Positions 46,744-58,500 of a stretch of 64,000 nucleotides of DNA are shown here, piece after piece. The stretch is taken from positions 39,000,001 through 39,064,000 of the forward strand of contig CM119371.1 in NCBI GenBank assembly GCA_051294905.1. The letters are read 5' to 3'. The notes beneath the pieces are model-generated. The model was not told the origin of the DNA. It was given only the letters and a program-made list of their open reading frames with translations, and searched no databases. How positions within the stretch are numbered: position 1 is the first letter of the stretch; every line of letters starts with the position of its first letter. The position numbers were made by a program, and so were the translations under genes. This DNA comes from Botryllus schlosseri. Lineage: Eukaryota.

Positions 46744-48930
46744 CTACCACCTGTTCCTCCGAAATCCACCACCTCTTCTGTTACCGCGAAAACCGCCTTC
46801 CCTCTCTCTCCTGTCTTTCATCCTAGCAAAACGATCGGCCATTTCCTGCAGTTCGATGGGTACGTTCTGCTGCGCTTCCGCCAAAATCTCGATCAATTCC
46901 TTCGCTGTACTCCAATCGTCCGTAGTCACGAGCGTGATAGCGGTGCCGCTTTTACCAGCGCGACCTGTACGTCCAACCCTGTGCACGTATTCCTCTGTGT
47001 TGCGGGGGTAATCGAAATTGAAAACGTGCGTGATATCGGCCACGTCGAGCCCACGCGATGCTACGTCTGTAGCTACCAGTATACGGACATATCCTGTTTT
47101 GAAATCATCGAGAGCTTGTTCGCGATCGTACTGTTCACGGCCTCCGTGTATAGACTGACAGGATATTCCGCGCATGCAAAGATCAGCTGATAAATTATCG
47201 GCGGTCACTTTTCTACCCACAAACACCAAGACTTTATCCTCTTTCTCCATAGACGCGATAAAATCGTACAGTCTTTCATGTTTTTCAGCTTGTGGTACAA
47301 CTTCAACGATTTGTGTCACAGTGTGTGTAGCCGCTAAGTCTAACGATCCAACCGAGACTTGCATTGGATCTGTTAGATAGCTTCTCGCTAATCTCCGCAC
47401 GCCTTCAGGCCAGGTAGCTGAAGTCATCATTGTTTGCCTGTCCGGGCGTATATCCAAAAGTATCTTCATAATCTGCGGTTCAAACCCCATGTCCAGCATA
47501 CGGTCTGCTTCATCCAACACCAAAAACGTCACAGAGTCTAGAGACACAAATTCGTTAGCGAGAAGATCGTTAAAACGCCCGGGCGTAGCCACGATGATTT
47601 CAACGCCTTGCGTCACAAGATTGATTTGTTTACGCCTATCTCCACCACCGTACACGCAAACACATCGAATGTCGCGGTACACATACTTTTTAATCTCCAT
47701 TTCGATCTGTAAAGCAAGCTCTCTTGTAGGCGTCAGTATCAGGCAAGAAGGGCCCTTTCTGTCTTTACGTGGTATCGCTTGTCCATCAATGTGCACAAAA
47801 GCAGGCAGCAGAAACGCTAACGTTTTTCCAGTACCGGTTTGAGCGATACCGATCACATCATATCCACGCAAAGCTAAAGGCCAAGCTTGGCTCTGTATCG
47901 GAGATGGCTTTGTGAAATTTTGGTTGTAAATCGTGTCGAGTATGCCAGGGTAGTGTTTGAAGGCGTGTTCGAACGTTAAGCATGGATTTAAGACACTGTG
48001 ACCGTTCTCTTTCGCTAAGTGAGAGACGGAAATATTGAAGTTATCCTTCCTCCATTCGTCGACTTCGAACGGAAGCATGTCAGCGACCGTGTTGTCTTCG
48101 ATGTAAAAATTCTTTTTGATCGCCTCCAATTTACCCCATCTTTTACGCTGGTGTTCCGTACTTTCGACTTTCAATTTCGCCCAGTCGATCATAGTTTCAT
48201 GTCCATAATCATCGTCCATAGGCGGAGTGTCATATCGCTTCCTTGGTTTCGCGTTAAACGCACTCTCTTCCAACAGTTCGTTGATTAATGATTCTGCTTT
48301 TTGCACAGAAGCTTCATCACCACGTACTAAGACAGGAGTGATATCGTCGTACGATTCTTGACGTTTGATTTCGATTCTAGCACCGCTTTCGTCTTGTAGT
48401 GACATAATTTTAGAGCCACCGCGTCCAATTATACGCCCACAATCGGAGGATTTAACCTCGATAACTTTCTCTGTAGTGCTAGATCCCGCGGCGCGATTAC
48501 CAAAAAAATTACTGCTAGAATATCCGTTTTCGCGGGATTGCGATGGTGTCGATGAATTGAGTTCTTCGATCAATTCAATAGCTTTTTGTACATCCGCTTC
48601 TACACCCGATATATGCACAGGTACTTGGTCACCGTCGCCATCTTTGGAGATATTTATGTTAGCTCCGCTAATCTCTTGCAATTCACGTATCTTGCTGCCG
48701 CCGCGTCCGATAATTCTTCCCACAGAACCGCGTGGGACTAAAATTGTTTCTTTAGGTCCATCGGAGTAGTTATCACGATCACTAGCGCCTCTGTTGTTGG
48801 TATTAGCGCTGCCGCGTCCAAATCTTATATTGTGCGGCACTTGCAGTTCTGTTTCATGTTGGTTTACGACTGGTTTCGCGTCTGGAAATTGTACGTCCCA
48901 ACCATCATCTTCTTCCCAATTTTCAGACAT
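46744..48930 (-). CDS. DDX43: DDX43-family ATP-dependent DEAD-box RNA helicase with two N-terminal KH domains; single coding exon, 728 aa
   Basis: Uninterrupted 728-aa ORF. Two KH domains each carry the GRIIGRGGSKI (GXXG) loop. Helicase motifs present: Q motif (PSPIQ), AQTGTGKT, PTRELA, TPGR, DEAD, MTSATW, ATDVASRGLD, HRVGRTGR. KH plus DEAD-box with MTSATW is the DDX43/DDX53 architecture. Confidence 0.92.
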   Translation of the reverse strand: MSENWEEDDGWDVQFPDAKPVVNQHETELQVPHNIRFGRGSANTNNRGASDRDNYSDGPKETILVPRGSVGRIIGRGGSKIRELQEISGANINISKDGDGDQVPVHISGVEADVQKAIELIEELNSSTPSQSRENGYSSSNFFGNRAAGSSTTEKVIEVKSSDCGRIIGRGGSKIMSLQDESGARIEIKRQESYDDITPVLVRGDEASVQKAESLINELLEESAFNAKPRKRYDTPPMDDDYGHETMIDWAKLKVESTEHQRKRWGKLEAIKKNFYIEDNTVADMLPFEVDEWRKDNFNISVSHLAKENGHSVLNPCLTFEHAFKHYPGILDTIYNQNFTKPSPIQSQAWPLALRGYDVIGIAQTGTGKTLAFLLPAFVHIDGQAIPRKDRKGPSCLILTPTRELALQIEMEIKKYVYRDIRCVCVYGGGDRRKQINLVTQGVEIIVATPGRFNDLLANEFVSLDSVTFLVLDEADRMLDMGFEPQIMKILLDIRPDRQTMMTSATWPEGVRRLARSYLTDPMQVSVGSLDLAATHTVTQIVEVVPQAEKHERLYDFIASMEKEDKVLVFVGRKVTADNLSADLCMRGISCQSIHGGREQYDREQALDDFKTGYVRILVATDVASRGLDVADITHVFNFDYPRNTEEYVHRVGRTGRAGKSGTAITLVTTDDWSTAKELIEILAEAQQNVPIELQEMADRFARMKDRREREGGFRGNRRGGGFRRNRW

Positions 48931-51900
48931 AATTAATGATGTACAGTAATCTCTACAGGTGCATATTCATGATTTAAAGCTGATTCAACATCGGAAAGAG
49001 AGTACCGGTAGATAAGCATCCGATGACACTAACAGTGTTGAAATTAAATCACTACCTTCGAGTCATTGTACATTTTGACTCGATTTTTGGAGATGACTAG
49101 AGGCAACTACGGTCATCTATGAATCGAGTCATCCCAACACTGGAGACTATGTTGTCGATGTGGAATCGAAAAAGCTTACGTTCTTCTACACGTTTTGAGA
49201 ATATTAGCTTTATATGTAAAGTTTTCATCTTCTTTCGGCCAAATCTCTGCCATAGTTCACTTTCAGACAATGTAATAAACATTAACAAGGAAATTTTACA
49301 AGCACTTCGTTTTCTATCAATATGAAAAACGGATCTCAAAATTTGTAAAATTGGTGACAAGCTAATTTGATTCCACAGCGATGGCATTATCAGTGGTTCT
49401 CGAACTCTTTAGCCTAGGTACTGGTAAAATCATACCACAAATTTAGAGAACTGGTCCACCTTTATTAATCGAGATTAAACTATTATGTAATCAAGAAACA
49501 CGACAAACGTAAGTACCGTAATTCAAAAAGATATACTTGAAACTGAATTTTTGATTTGATTTATTGGGTATCAGTATCACTATCAGTTTGCTTTTTCCAA
49601 ACACTATAGTCAAGGCAATTCTGTGTTCAGGAAATATGAGAGTCACGACGTTAGCACTCTTACCTTAAATAATTTCAATCATATATAGCAAAATTTAATG
49701 GACTGTTCTAAATTGTAAGTCACTTGGGTGTAGGGTACAACTTTCCTGTCCACAACAACATGACCATAAAAAATCAGGGTTCCTCATGAACACGTCAAAA
49801 TATGAGTTTATTGGGTTTTTACGTTATCGTAAGATTAGGGTGAGGTTAGAGTTGGGATAAGGTTAGATTGGGGCATAGGGGACCATGGTTGGGGTAATCA
49901 AAGTTCCTACAATACTCCCCAACTCCATATTTCCAATGTACTTTAATCCTAAATAAATCATACCCCATTGAAATTTTAAAATTTCATAACTAATGAGGCA
50001 TTGGAAACCCTGATTATTATGATCATGATATTGTGGATAGCAAAGATTACATACCCAGTTACTGTTACACTGTGTTCGAGAATAGCTTATTACAAGCTCC
50101 TGGTCCTGTAAGCGGTAAGGTGGAGCAATCTGACGGACCATACAGTTCAGGTACTCGGATGTGCGCAGGAAAATTTGCTCATGTACCTGTTCATCACTTC
50201 TTACGGGTTACCTCCATCTGTTAATATTCCCACCCGTAACCTCGCGAATTTTTTTTTACCCATTCGCCTAATCTCGTAACGAAATAACCTAGAGATGTAC
50301 GAGCTCAACTAGCATGCCACCAGAACATGCCAAACTGCTGGCTGCCTAAAAGGCGGACCAGGAAGGATATGCTGATTCATCGACGAAAAACACCGCAGCT
50401 GTAACTCGGGGATTAGTGAAAGATGATCATACTTGAACAAACTACCAATCTTATTGGTTGACAGTCAGCTAACTTTAGTTTTTAGTAGTTTAGAGTTCTA
50501 GTTGCGGATATTAAAAAGTGAATAGTTCTACTTCTGGTTGCGCACTTACAAAATTAGTTGTCGAACAACTAGTAATAACGTGTTGTTGTTTGGCGTGAAT
50601 CACTACGCCAATGTTCACTCTTGAGATTCGCAATATTCCTACAGCAATCGCTAGCTCAGAAACATCACTCTACGAGCAGTGCCATACCCAGGGGTATAAC
50701 TGGATTAGACACAAAACCTCTCACATGTCGAATTCGGACCCTGTCCTTCTGAAATTCCGATTCTCTGCCATACCTTCAACTCGTTGGAAATACAGGGATT
50801 GTAGTTCTTGCGGAGTTTTAATGTGCGTTAGCTGATGTTACGAGTCTCCAAAAGTGAGTATATAGTTCCTTTCCAGCATTTTCAAACTACCATACTTTGT
50901 AGAAATCTGAAGGTAGTCCCGGTTTGTGTGGTCCGCTGTTCTATCTTCCCAGGATTAATATTCTTTCTTGCCAGTTTTAAGTTCTTACACAAAGTCTCAT
51001 ACCACGATCACCATTTCAGTGAAAAAGTAATTGTTATGTTCGTGTATTTACGTTGGTATCGTTTCACTCTTATTTGTCTAGGATTAGTAATTACCGCCAA
51101 TCATCATTTCTTCGTGTGTCGTGCTTTGTATTTATACCCTGTGTTCTGTTGTCTACTGGTCTTTTCATTTAACTGAACTCTGGATCGTGTCGCCTGCCGT
51201 AAAGTTATACTGCTGATAATATACTGATTTCTTATTGCAACCTCGTCGCATTGAGTTATTGTTCGAACAAGATCTAGAACATAACAGTAATGTCGCCCGA
51301 GACCACACATCGTCCCACAACGATTTCGAAAACAGCCACACGACTAAGTATCAAAATATATATTTCGCAGGTGAAAATAAAATCAGGCAATAAAATACTT
51401 GAACATAACAAAATCTACAAGGACACTTACGGATCCCAGATACGACGAAGATCGAGACACTAATAACCACGCGACAGTAGAATCTAATCTGTTATCTGGC
51501 AAGATATATATGACTCTTATTGGAGTGACTTCGCCTTGCGTACCATTAGATGTAAATTGCAAAAATAGTCTATCAAAAAATGCTAGGCAAAATTGAGTAC
51601 CTAAGAGATTTGATACCGAATCGAGTACCTAGGCTTAGGGTGAAGTATTACTCATTATGACGTCATAACAGAATGGCATGGAGTGTTCAAATCTGTTCCT
51701 TTTGTGTGATAACAAAGAAAAAATGCCATTTCTACACCATATAACAATAATTTGGTGTTTTGCACTTCGTGACAACGATTTTATTTGATAATGACTTCAC
51801 AGAAATGTCATTACCACTCAAGTTTGTAGCTTTGTACTGCTTGTTTGGGATGCTGTGATAGGACCAATTGAAGTTTCAAGTTCCAAGTTGTGAAAAAATG

Positions 51901-52572
51901 ATCGAAACATTAATATTATAAGTCTCAGTGGAAGGAGGCGTATCATTCATTTACACGAAAAAATTGTGTTTCGTTGTCACTACTCAAGTAGAATTAGGAG
52001 TAACGGCACGAATTTCTAATATAATACATGTGGAAGTAGAAAGTATAAGCCCTAAAACAATCCAAGGAAGTAGTCTCGAAATATAAATAAGTAGATTTGG
52101 TAGAGGGGTTGCATACTATTTGTAGTTTATTGGCAGTGGCTACGTTTGACTAAGCAAAAGGGCTATCAACACTCGGTATAGGTAGTGTTCGAGAATATAT
52201 TCAGTCATCATTACCCAGGGGCTATTTCATCCAACAAATTTGACAATTTCACTAATAAAAGAGACACAAGGTTCTTGGAAAACTACTTTCCGCCTTTCAT
52301 AGCACAAAGTTAAAAAATGAGTAGATTTGCCCAGAAAATGTCCGAATAGATGCGGAAATAATCAAAAATCGTAACCGCTCGAGTGAGCATAGCAAGTACG
52401 CAAAATCTGCTCGTTTATTCCGTAAAAGTAGACGTGCTTTGTTAGTGACCACCTCTTACAGTTTACCATCGTAAACTAGGACACACTTGCACTTTGCAAT
52501 ACCCCGAAGCAACACATAATGTGCGGAACGCCCAAAATCTCTGTGCTTTACGTGGTAATATCGGTATCGCCG

Positions 52573-55500
52573 TCAGAGCTGGGCCTCGGACTGAGAAATG
52601 ACGGAATTCGTGGTACTGACAGGGATTTCGACGATCGGTTGTCTGTGCCATCGGCACACTTGGCACCTTAAAACCTCCAACGATTTTTCTCTCATTTCTC
52701 TGAAAAAAAAACAGACACAATGGTTTCTGCGACACATATGATACACTCAGACTTGGACAACTAGATAATTCTAGTTCAGTGGTTCTGAAATTTCTTTCTT
52801 AGCTCCTTGAGGTTTGTACGATTACCGATAAACTTTACTTCAACCGAAACGTGTAAAGGGCGGACTAGCAAATACGTCAAGTAGGAAATTTTATACCAAA
52901 TGCAAACAATGAGCTAATCCGACCCAGTTTATTATTACCAGTGTATATGACAAGCCACAAGTAATGTGAAAAGTGATGGCTGCAATTGTTTCTTCTCCCG
53001 AGCTAATCTAGGGTCGGTGAATCTGAGTGGAATCACACGTAGACGTAGAGTATTAATCTATGCAGGCGATGAAGACATTTTTGACATCTGAAAACCGTAA
53101 TTCTACTTGAAAAGAAATGCATTCACTGCGTACCACCTCAAATGACTTCACAACAAGCTGAGAACCAGTGAATTGGATTAATTTGAGTGAAATGACAGTA
53201 CTCAAACTTGAATCTAATTTGCGAAATGTTGCCATGCTCTAATTTTAATTCTAATCTAATATCTGGTTTTCCTGGAAATGCTACAGGAGAAATGCATCGT
53301 CCGGAAAGAGCCAAGCTTGGTTTACAGACATTTGCCATTCTTGTGCTTACGAGAGTCTACTCAACAATTTGATACGAAATGAACTTCATTTTTGTTGTAC
53401 TTCTTTCTGATTTGGTAGTTTTCGCGAAATCAGTCAAGCTACGTCTAATGTAATTAGGAAAAACACTGTGTAGCTATAATTCTAAATGCAATCTAATTAG
53501 GAAAGGATGGGAATTTTCTAGCTGTCCAAGCCTACAATCGGTAGCCGCTTACGCTGACGCGCAGTTGTAGAATATCGGATTCAGGCATTCGGAAAATCTC
53601 ATGAATATGTATTGGACCGTGCCGAACAGCCATTCCGCCTTCCACCCTTCGTAAGACGAGTCTGTGTTGTTCATTGCGTAGAATTCAAAAACTACAACAA
53701 ACAAATACGCTGTAAGAAACCGGTCCTGCAGATTTCTTGTTTTCAGGCATATTGTGTCTAAGGCAAAAAATTAACAATCAATTTAAACGAAAACGTCAAG
53801 AGATCACAAAACTCAAACATAATATACTCGTATTGAAAGAAACCGGCGTATTTGCCGTCAGCAAACTGCCAATCTAGTTAGCTGACGGTCAACTAGCTAC
53901 TGGATTTTCGAGTAGGCCTACGTCTTGCGCATCTAAAACAAAATTGATTTGCAAAGCAACTAGAAAAATCATGTCGTCGTGTGGCGTGAATCTTGATAAC
54001 GGTGTTCTGTTGTGTGATGCCGCCATCAATAGCTCAGATTCATCACTGCAAACAGTGTCGTAGCCAGGAGGTGGTTTTTAGTGGTCGAAATCTCTCCCAT
54101 TTCAAACTCGAAAATCTGTCCATATGAAACGCCGATTCTACGGCCACCATTTCCTAGCTCATTTGCGAATCAGTAGTTCGTGTTATCAGTTAATAGTTGG
54201 TTGTGCTTTAGTCAGGTATTACGGATTTTTAACTGTCAGGAGTTATATTTGTATTTGCTAGTTTGGGTGAAGATAAGCGCCTACAAATCTGGCGGACACG
54301 GTTCGATTCCCGTCGGAGGTTGATCTGGGCTCCTCTTCCCCCGCCGTCGCCGTTCTTACGGCGACAAAAACAGCCCAGAAAAAGAATCGACGGAAGAAAG
54401 CACTCACAAGGAATGGAAAGAACTAATAGAAAGGGCCACGGCTTCAACAAGATCAACATCGAAAAGAACCGTGACATCAGGCACTCCGGGCCGAGGTGGA
54501 TGTTACATTAAAAGGATCGCTACTGATGCGTGTCGTTCGACATCCTCCTATCTGTTCATGACATCGCATTGTGTCTTATCGCATTGTTCATTGTGTACGA
54601 TTTGTTCAGATGAAATATGTAACTCAACCATTATTATCATTAATATAAAGTGATTAGTCCTTGTTCCAGTTCAAGTTGCGAGTTTTAAGAAATAAGTACT
54701 TTCAGTTCCAGTTATGGTAGCGAGTTTTACAAAGTGAGTAGTTCAAGTTTCAAGTTTTGAATGATGAGTAGTTCCAGTTCTAGTAGCGAGTTTTGAAAAT
54801 TGAGTAGTTCTAGTTCTAGTTGCGAATTTTTAAAAATGAGTAGTTCTAGTTTCAGTAGTAGCGAGTTTTGAAAATTGAGTAGTTCTAGCTCTAGTTGCGA
54901 AATTTTAAAAATGAGTAGTTCTAGTTCTAGTAGTAGCTAGTTTTGAAAATTGAGTAGTTTTAGTTCCATTTATAGCAGCTAGTTTTGAAAAGTGAGTAGT
55001 TTTAGTTCTAGTTGCGAGTTTTGATAAATAAGTAGTTCTAGTTGCAAGTTTCGAAAAATTAGTAGTTCTAGTTCTAGTAGCAGCTAGTTTTGAAAATTGA
55101 GTAGTTTTAGTTCCATTTATAGTAGCTTGTTTGAAAAAGTGAGTAATTCTAGTTCTAGTTGCGAGTTTTCAAAAGTGAGTAATTCTAGTTCTAGTTGCAA
55201 GATTTCAAAAGTGAGTACTTGAAGAGTTGTAGTTGCGAATTTTGGAAATTGAGTAGTTCTGGTTCCAGTTGTGAGTTTTGAAAAATGAGTAACGGTAGTT
55301 TTAGTTCCAGTTATAGTCGCTAGTTTTGAAAAGTGAGTAGTTCTAGTCGAGAGTTTTCTAGTTCATTGTGTTTTAGTCAGTTAGTTGAGGATTTTCAAAG
55401 ATCGTTCGTTCTAGTTGCTTGTTTCGAAGATAGAGCACTTCTAGTTCTAACGAGTTTTGCAAAGTGAACTTTTCTAGTTCGAGTTGCGAGTTTTGATAAA

Positions 55501-58500
55501 TGAGTAGCGCTAGTTCTAGTTGGGCATTTTCAATATCCACTAGTATGTACATGTCTGTACGAGAGTAGTATTGTTGAATTCACGCAAAGAGCCACATCGC
55601 ACATACTTGTAAAGGGAAAATACCCGACCACAAACGAGACCACGATCAGCGACACTTGCAGCAAGGCCCTCTCCTCCTCGCGTTCCTCTTTCTGGTGCAG
55701 AGAAGCCACGGGCGCTGCCGATATCGACGGCAGTCTCTCCCGTCTCTTCCTCTTGGTCACCACCAGAGTGGCGACAAACAGCATCATGATCGCCATGCAC
55801 GGCGCGTACAGAAATAGCGGGAACGTGATCGCAATCATGTCTCCGTAACTGCTAATCCTGAAAACAGAGCAGCGGATTAACCACTGTTTTAAAGCCTCGC
55901 GATAAATTCAGTTCGATTCGGTGAATGTACGAGAAAAGAAAGGTTCAGTATAAGTTTGTTAAACAATTTCGTTATTTGTGGAGCTTCTTGGAAGTACGGC
56001 GCTTCAAAATACTATTCAACTTCATTATTTCAATCCACCACACTCAGGGTTGCAACGACTCGAGTCATGACTCGATTCGAGTCGATTTGTGTATTGACTC
56101 AACTTGTACTCGAGTCATTGCGCATGACTCAGCCAAGTCATATAATTCGATAAATGCTTATTGAAAAACAGTCCCAGGGACACAAGATGTCCCTGTTGAG
56201 GTGCTAGCAGGGTGTTGTAACCAGGTCACAAGGTTCCGAGTCACAAGTGAGTCTCACTTTCGTCGTTTTGACTCGAGTCAAGTCGAGTCATTTTCACTTC
56301 GCCACCGAGTCAAGTCCGAGTCCAAGTCACGGAGTAGAGTGTCGAGTCCGAGTCATAGTGTATTGACTCCAGTCCGAGTCCAAGTCATTGTATCGACTGA
56401 TCAGTTCCGAGATAATGTCATGTGAAACCCACTTTTTACAGCTCTGCTCGGGGATATCGATAGCTTCGCATTCATAATATACTAATTTTCCTCACTTTTA
56501 ACAGTTTTTGGTAACATTTTCAAGTACGGTACCAGTACTGATAGACGAAATACCAATAGTGTGATACCCTAACTTTACTATTCTTCGAAATTACAACGAA
56601 ATGCCTATCTTGGTAGCCCCGGTCTCGAGTCATGCGCAATGACTCAAGTACAAGTCGAGTTAATACACAAATTGACTCGAGTCGAGTCGAGTCATTTTTC
56701 ACTTTTAAGAAAATGACTCGAGTCAAGTCGAGTCACCAAAAAATCGCGACTCGAGTCATTACAACCCTGTCTATTATACTAATTTCCCTCAGTTTTAACA
56801 GATTCTGATCGCATTTTCAAGTACTAGTACCAACAGACGAAATACCAATAGGGTGGTTACTTTACTATTCTTCGCGATCACAATGAAATGACGGTCTTGG
56901 CCGTCTCAGTCGCGATTTATATGACTTGGTCTAAGTCATGCGCAATGACTCGAGTCCAAGTTGAGTCAATACAGGGATTGAATCGAGTCGAGACATTCCT
57001 GCATCTTGAGAAAATGAATCGAGCAAGTCGAGTCAACAGAAAATCGTGACTCGATTTGAGTCAGGACTGGAGTCATTACAACCCTGGGTGCTGGTACCCT
57101 GAAAACTATCCTATGATTGTAATATTTTGAGTAAACTGAATACGTACTGCGCGCTTACGTTTCGAGATACTGCGTACATGAAGGCCACCTCGCGTTTGGT
57201 ATCGACAAATCGCTTCGATCTATAACTGACACTCCGCTCAGCAATGCAACGGGGACAAATCCAGATATGAATCCGATGAACCACATTACGAAGATCCCAA
57301 TCTGCAATGAAGAGTGAAGAGTAGGGCCGGCTACAATGATTCCAGTAATAATTATACCGATTGAAGGCAAATAGTGAGACATGATATTTTCAAGTGATGG
57401 TACCGGTACTGAAAAGATACGCTCCCTGCTACTAAGTTACTTTATGATACTGTTTTCCACTGTGGAAGTATCGAATGTAAACATGGAATGGCAACGATTC
57501 TCCAAGTTCGTTCCGTTTCGCTGGGGCTGTAATCAGAATTGTTTTGCAGCCGCGACTGTAGAATTTCTGGCAATCCAAAAGTTATCATCCAAGCGCAAAA
57601 TTTACTGAATCTGGTCTTTATCGAAAGCTACTGTCGCACTGATTCCGAAAATATAAATAGCTGAAACCAAGTAGCTTGCCAATAAAGGAGAAAGAACGTT
57701 CAACAGCAGCAGTTGTTGGCTGGCAACACTGAAGTTGCGCGTACACTGCTGGTGACAAACCGTGTTGCTTCATTCTGACAATGGTGTCTACATCATAATT
57801 TTCCATCATGCGCTTCTTGATATAAGAACCAATGCCTGCGCAGTAGGGTCGTTCAAAAATAACTTTTTTTCCCGGATTCCAGCCAGTCACTGATTGAATT
57901 GTCGGGTTACCCTAAAAAACGCTGCACAACAAATGTGGGTCAATTCTAACAAGTATAGGACTCCGCAGTTCCAATTAAAATTTTTAATTTATCATGAAAA
58001 ATTAAAAATAAATATTTTCTGCCAATCCCATTAAATTGTTGAGCTGTCTTCAAAGACGTTGCAAAACAAATTCGAATCAATTCCGACCAGTAGAAGCGGA
58101 GTTATGTGAGTTAGGATAATCCGAGGATTATCAACGAAAAACTCACATAACACCGCTTCTGCTGATCGGAATTGACTCAAATTTGTTTTGCAATGTCTTT
58201 AAAGACAACTCAACAAGTTCACGGGGTTGGCAGAAAAATTTGAAATTTTTTTTTTTAATTTTTCATAATAAATTAAAAATTTTAATTGGATCTACGGAGT
58301 CCTATACTTGTTAGAATTGAACCACAATTGGTGTGCAGCGTTTTTAGGGTAACCTGACAATTCAATCAGTGACTGGCTGGAATCCGGGAAAAAAAGTTAT
58401 TTTTGAACAGCCCTACTGCGCAGTCTTGCTTCAGTTAGGATATTGCGGTACGTTGAGCATAACACAATGTCAATCTAATTGTTTCATTTGTCCGTTTATG

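Noticed and set aside
46559..48769. Plus-strand ORFs of 68-165 aa
   Set aside because: They are antisense shadows of the DDX43 coding sequence with no independent protein features.
50590..51310. Coding gene between DDX43 and the GPCR
   Set aside because: The ORFs lack recognisable features, and part of the region is a diverged repeat also present at about 53980-54170.
52463..52735. 90-aa ORF as the GPCR C-terminus
   Set aside because: Splice phase from the TM7 exon selects a different frame (EMREKSLEVLRC, stop at 52573) that gives a plausible helix 8.
54660..55520. CRISPR-like array
   Set aside because: Units are contiguous and degenerate with no unique spacers; the context is eukaryotic and no cas genes are present.
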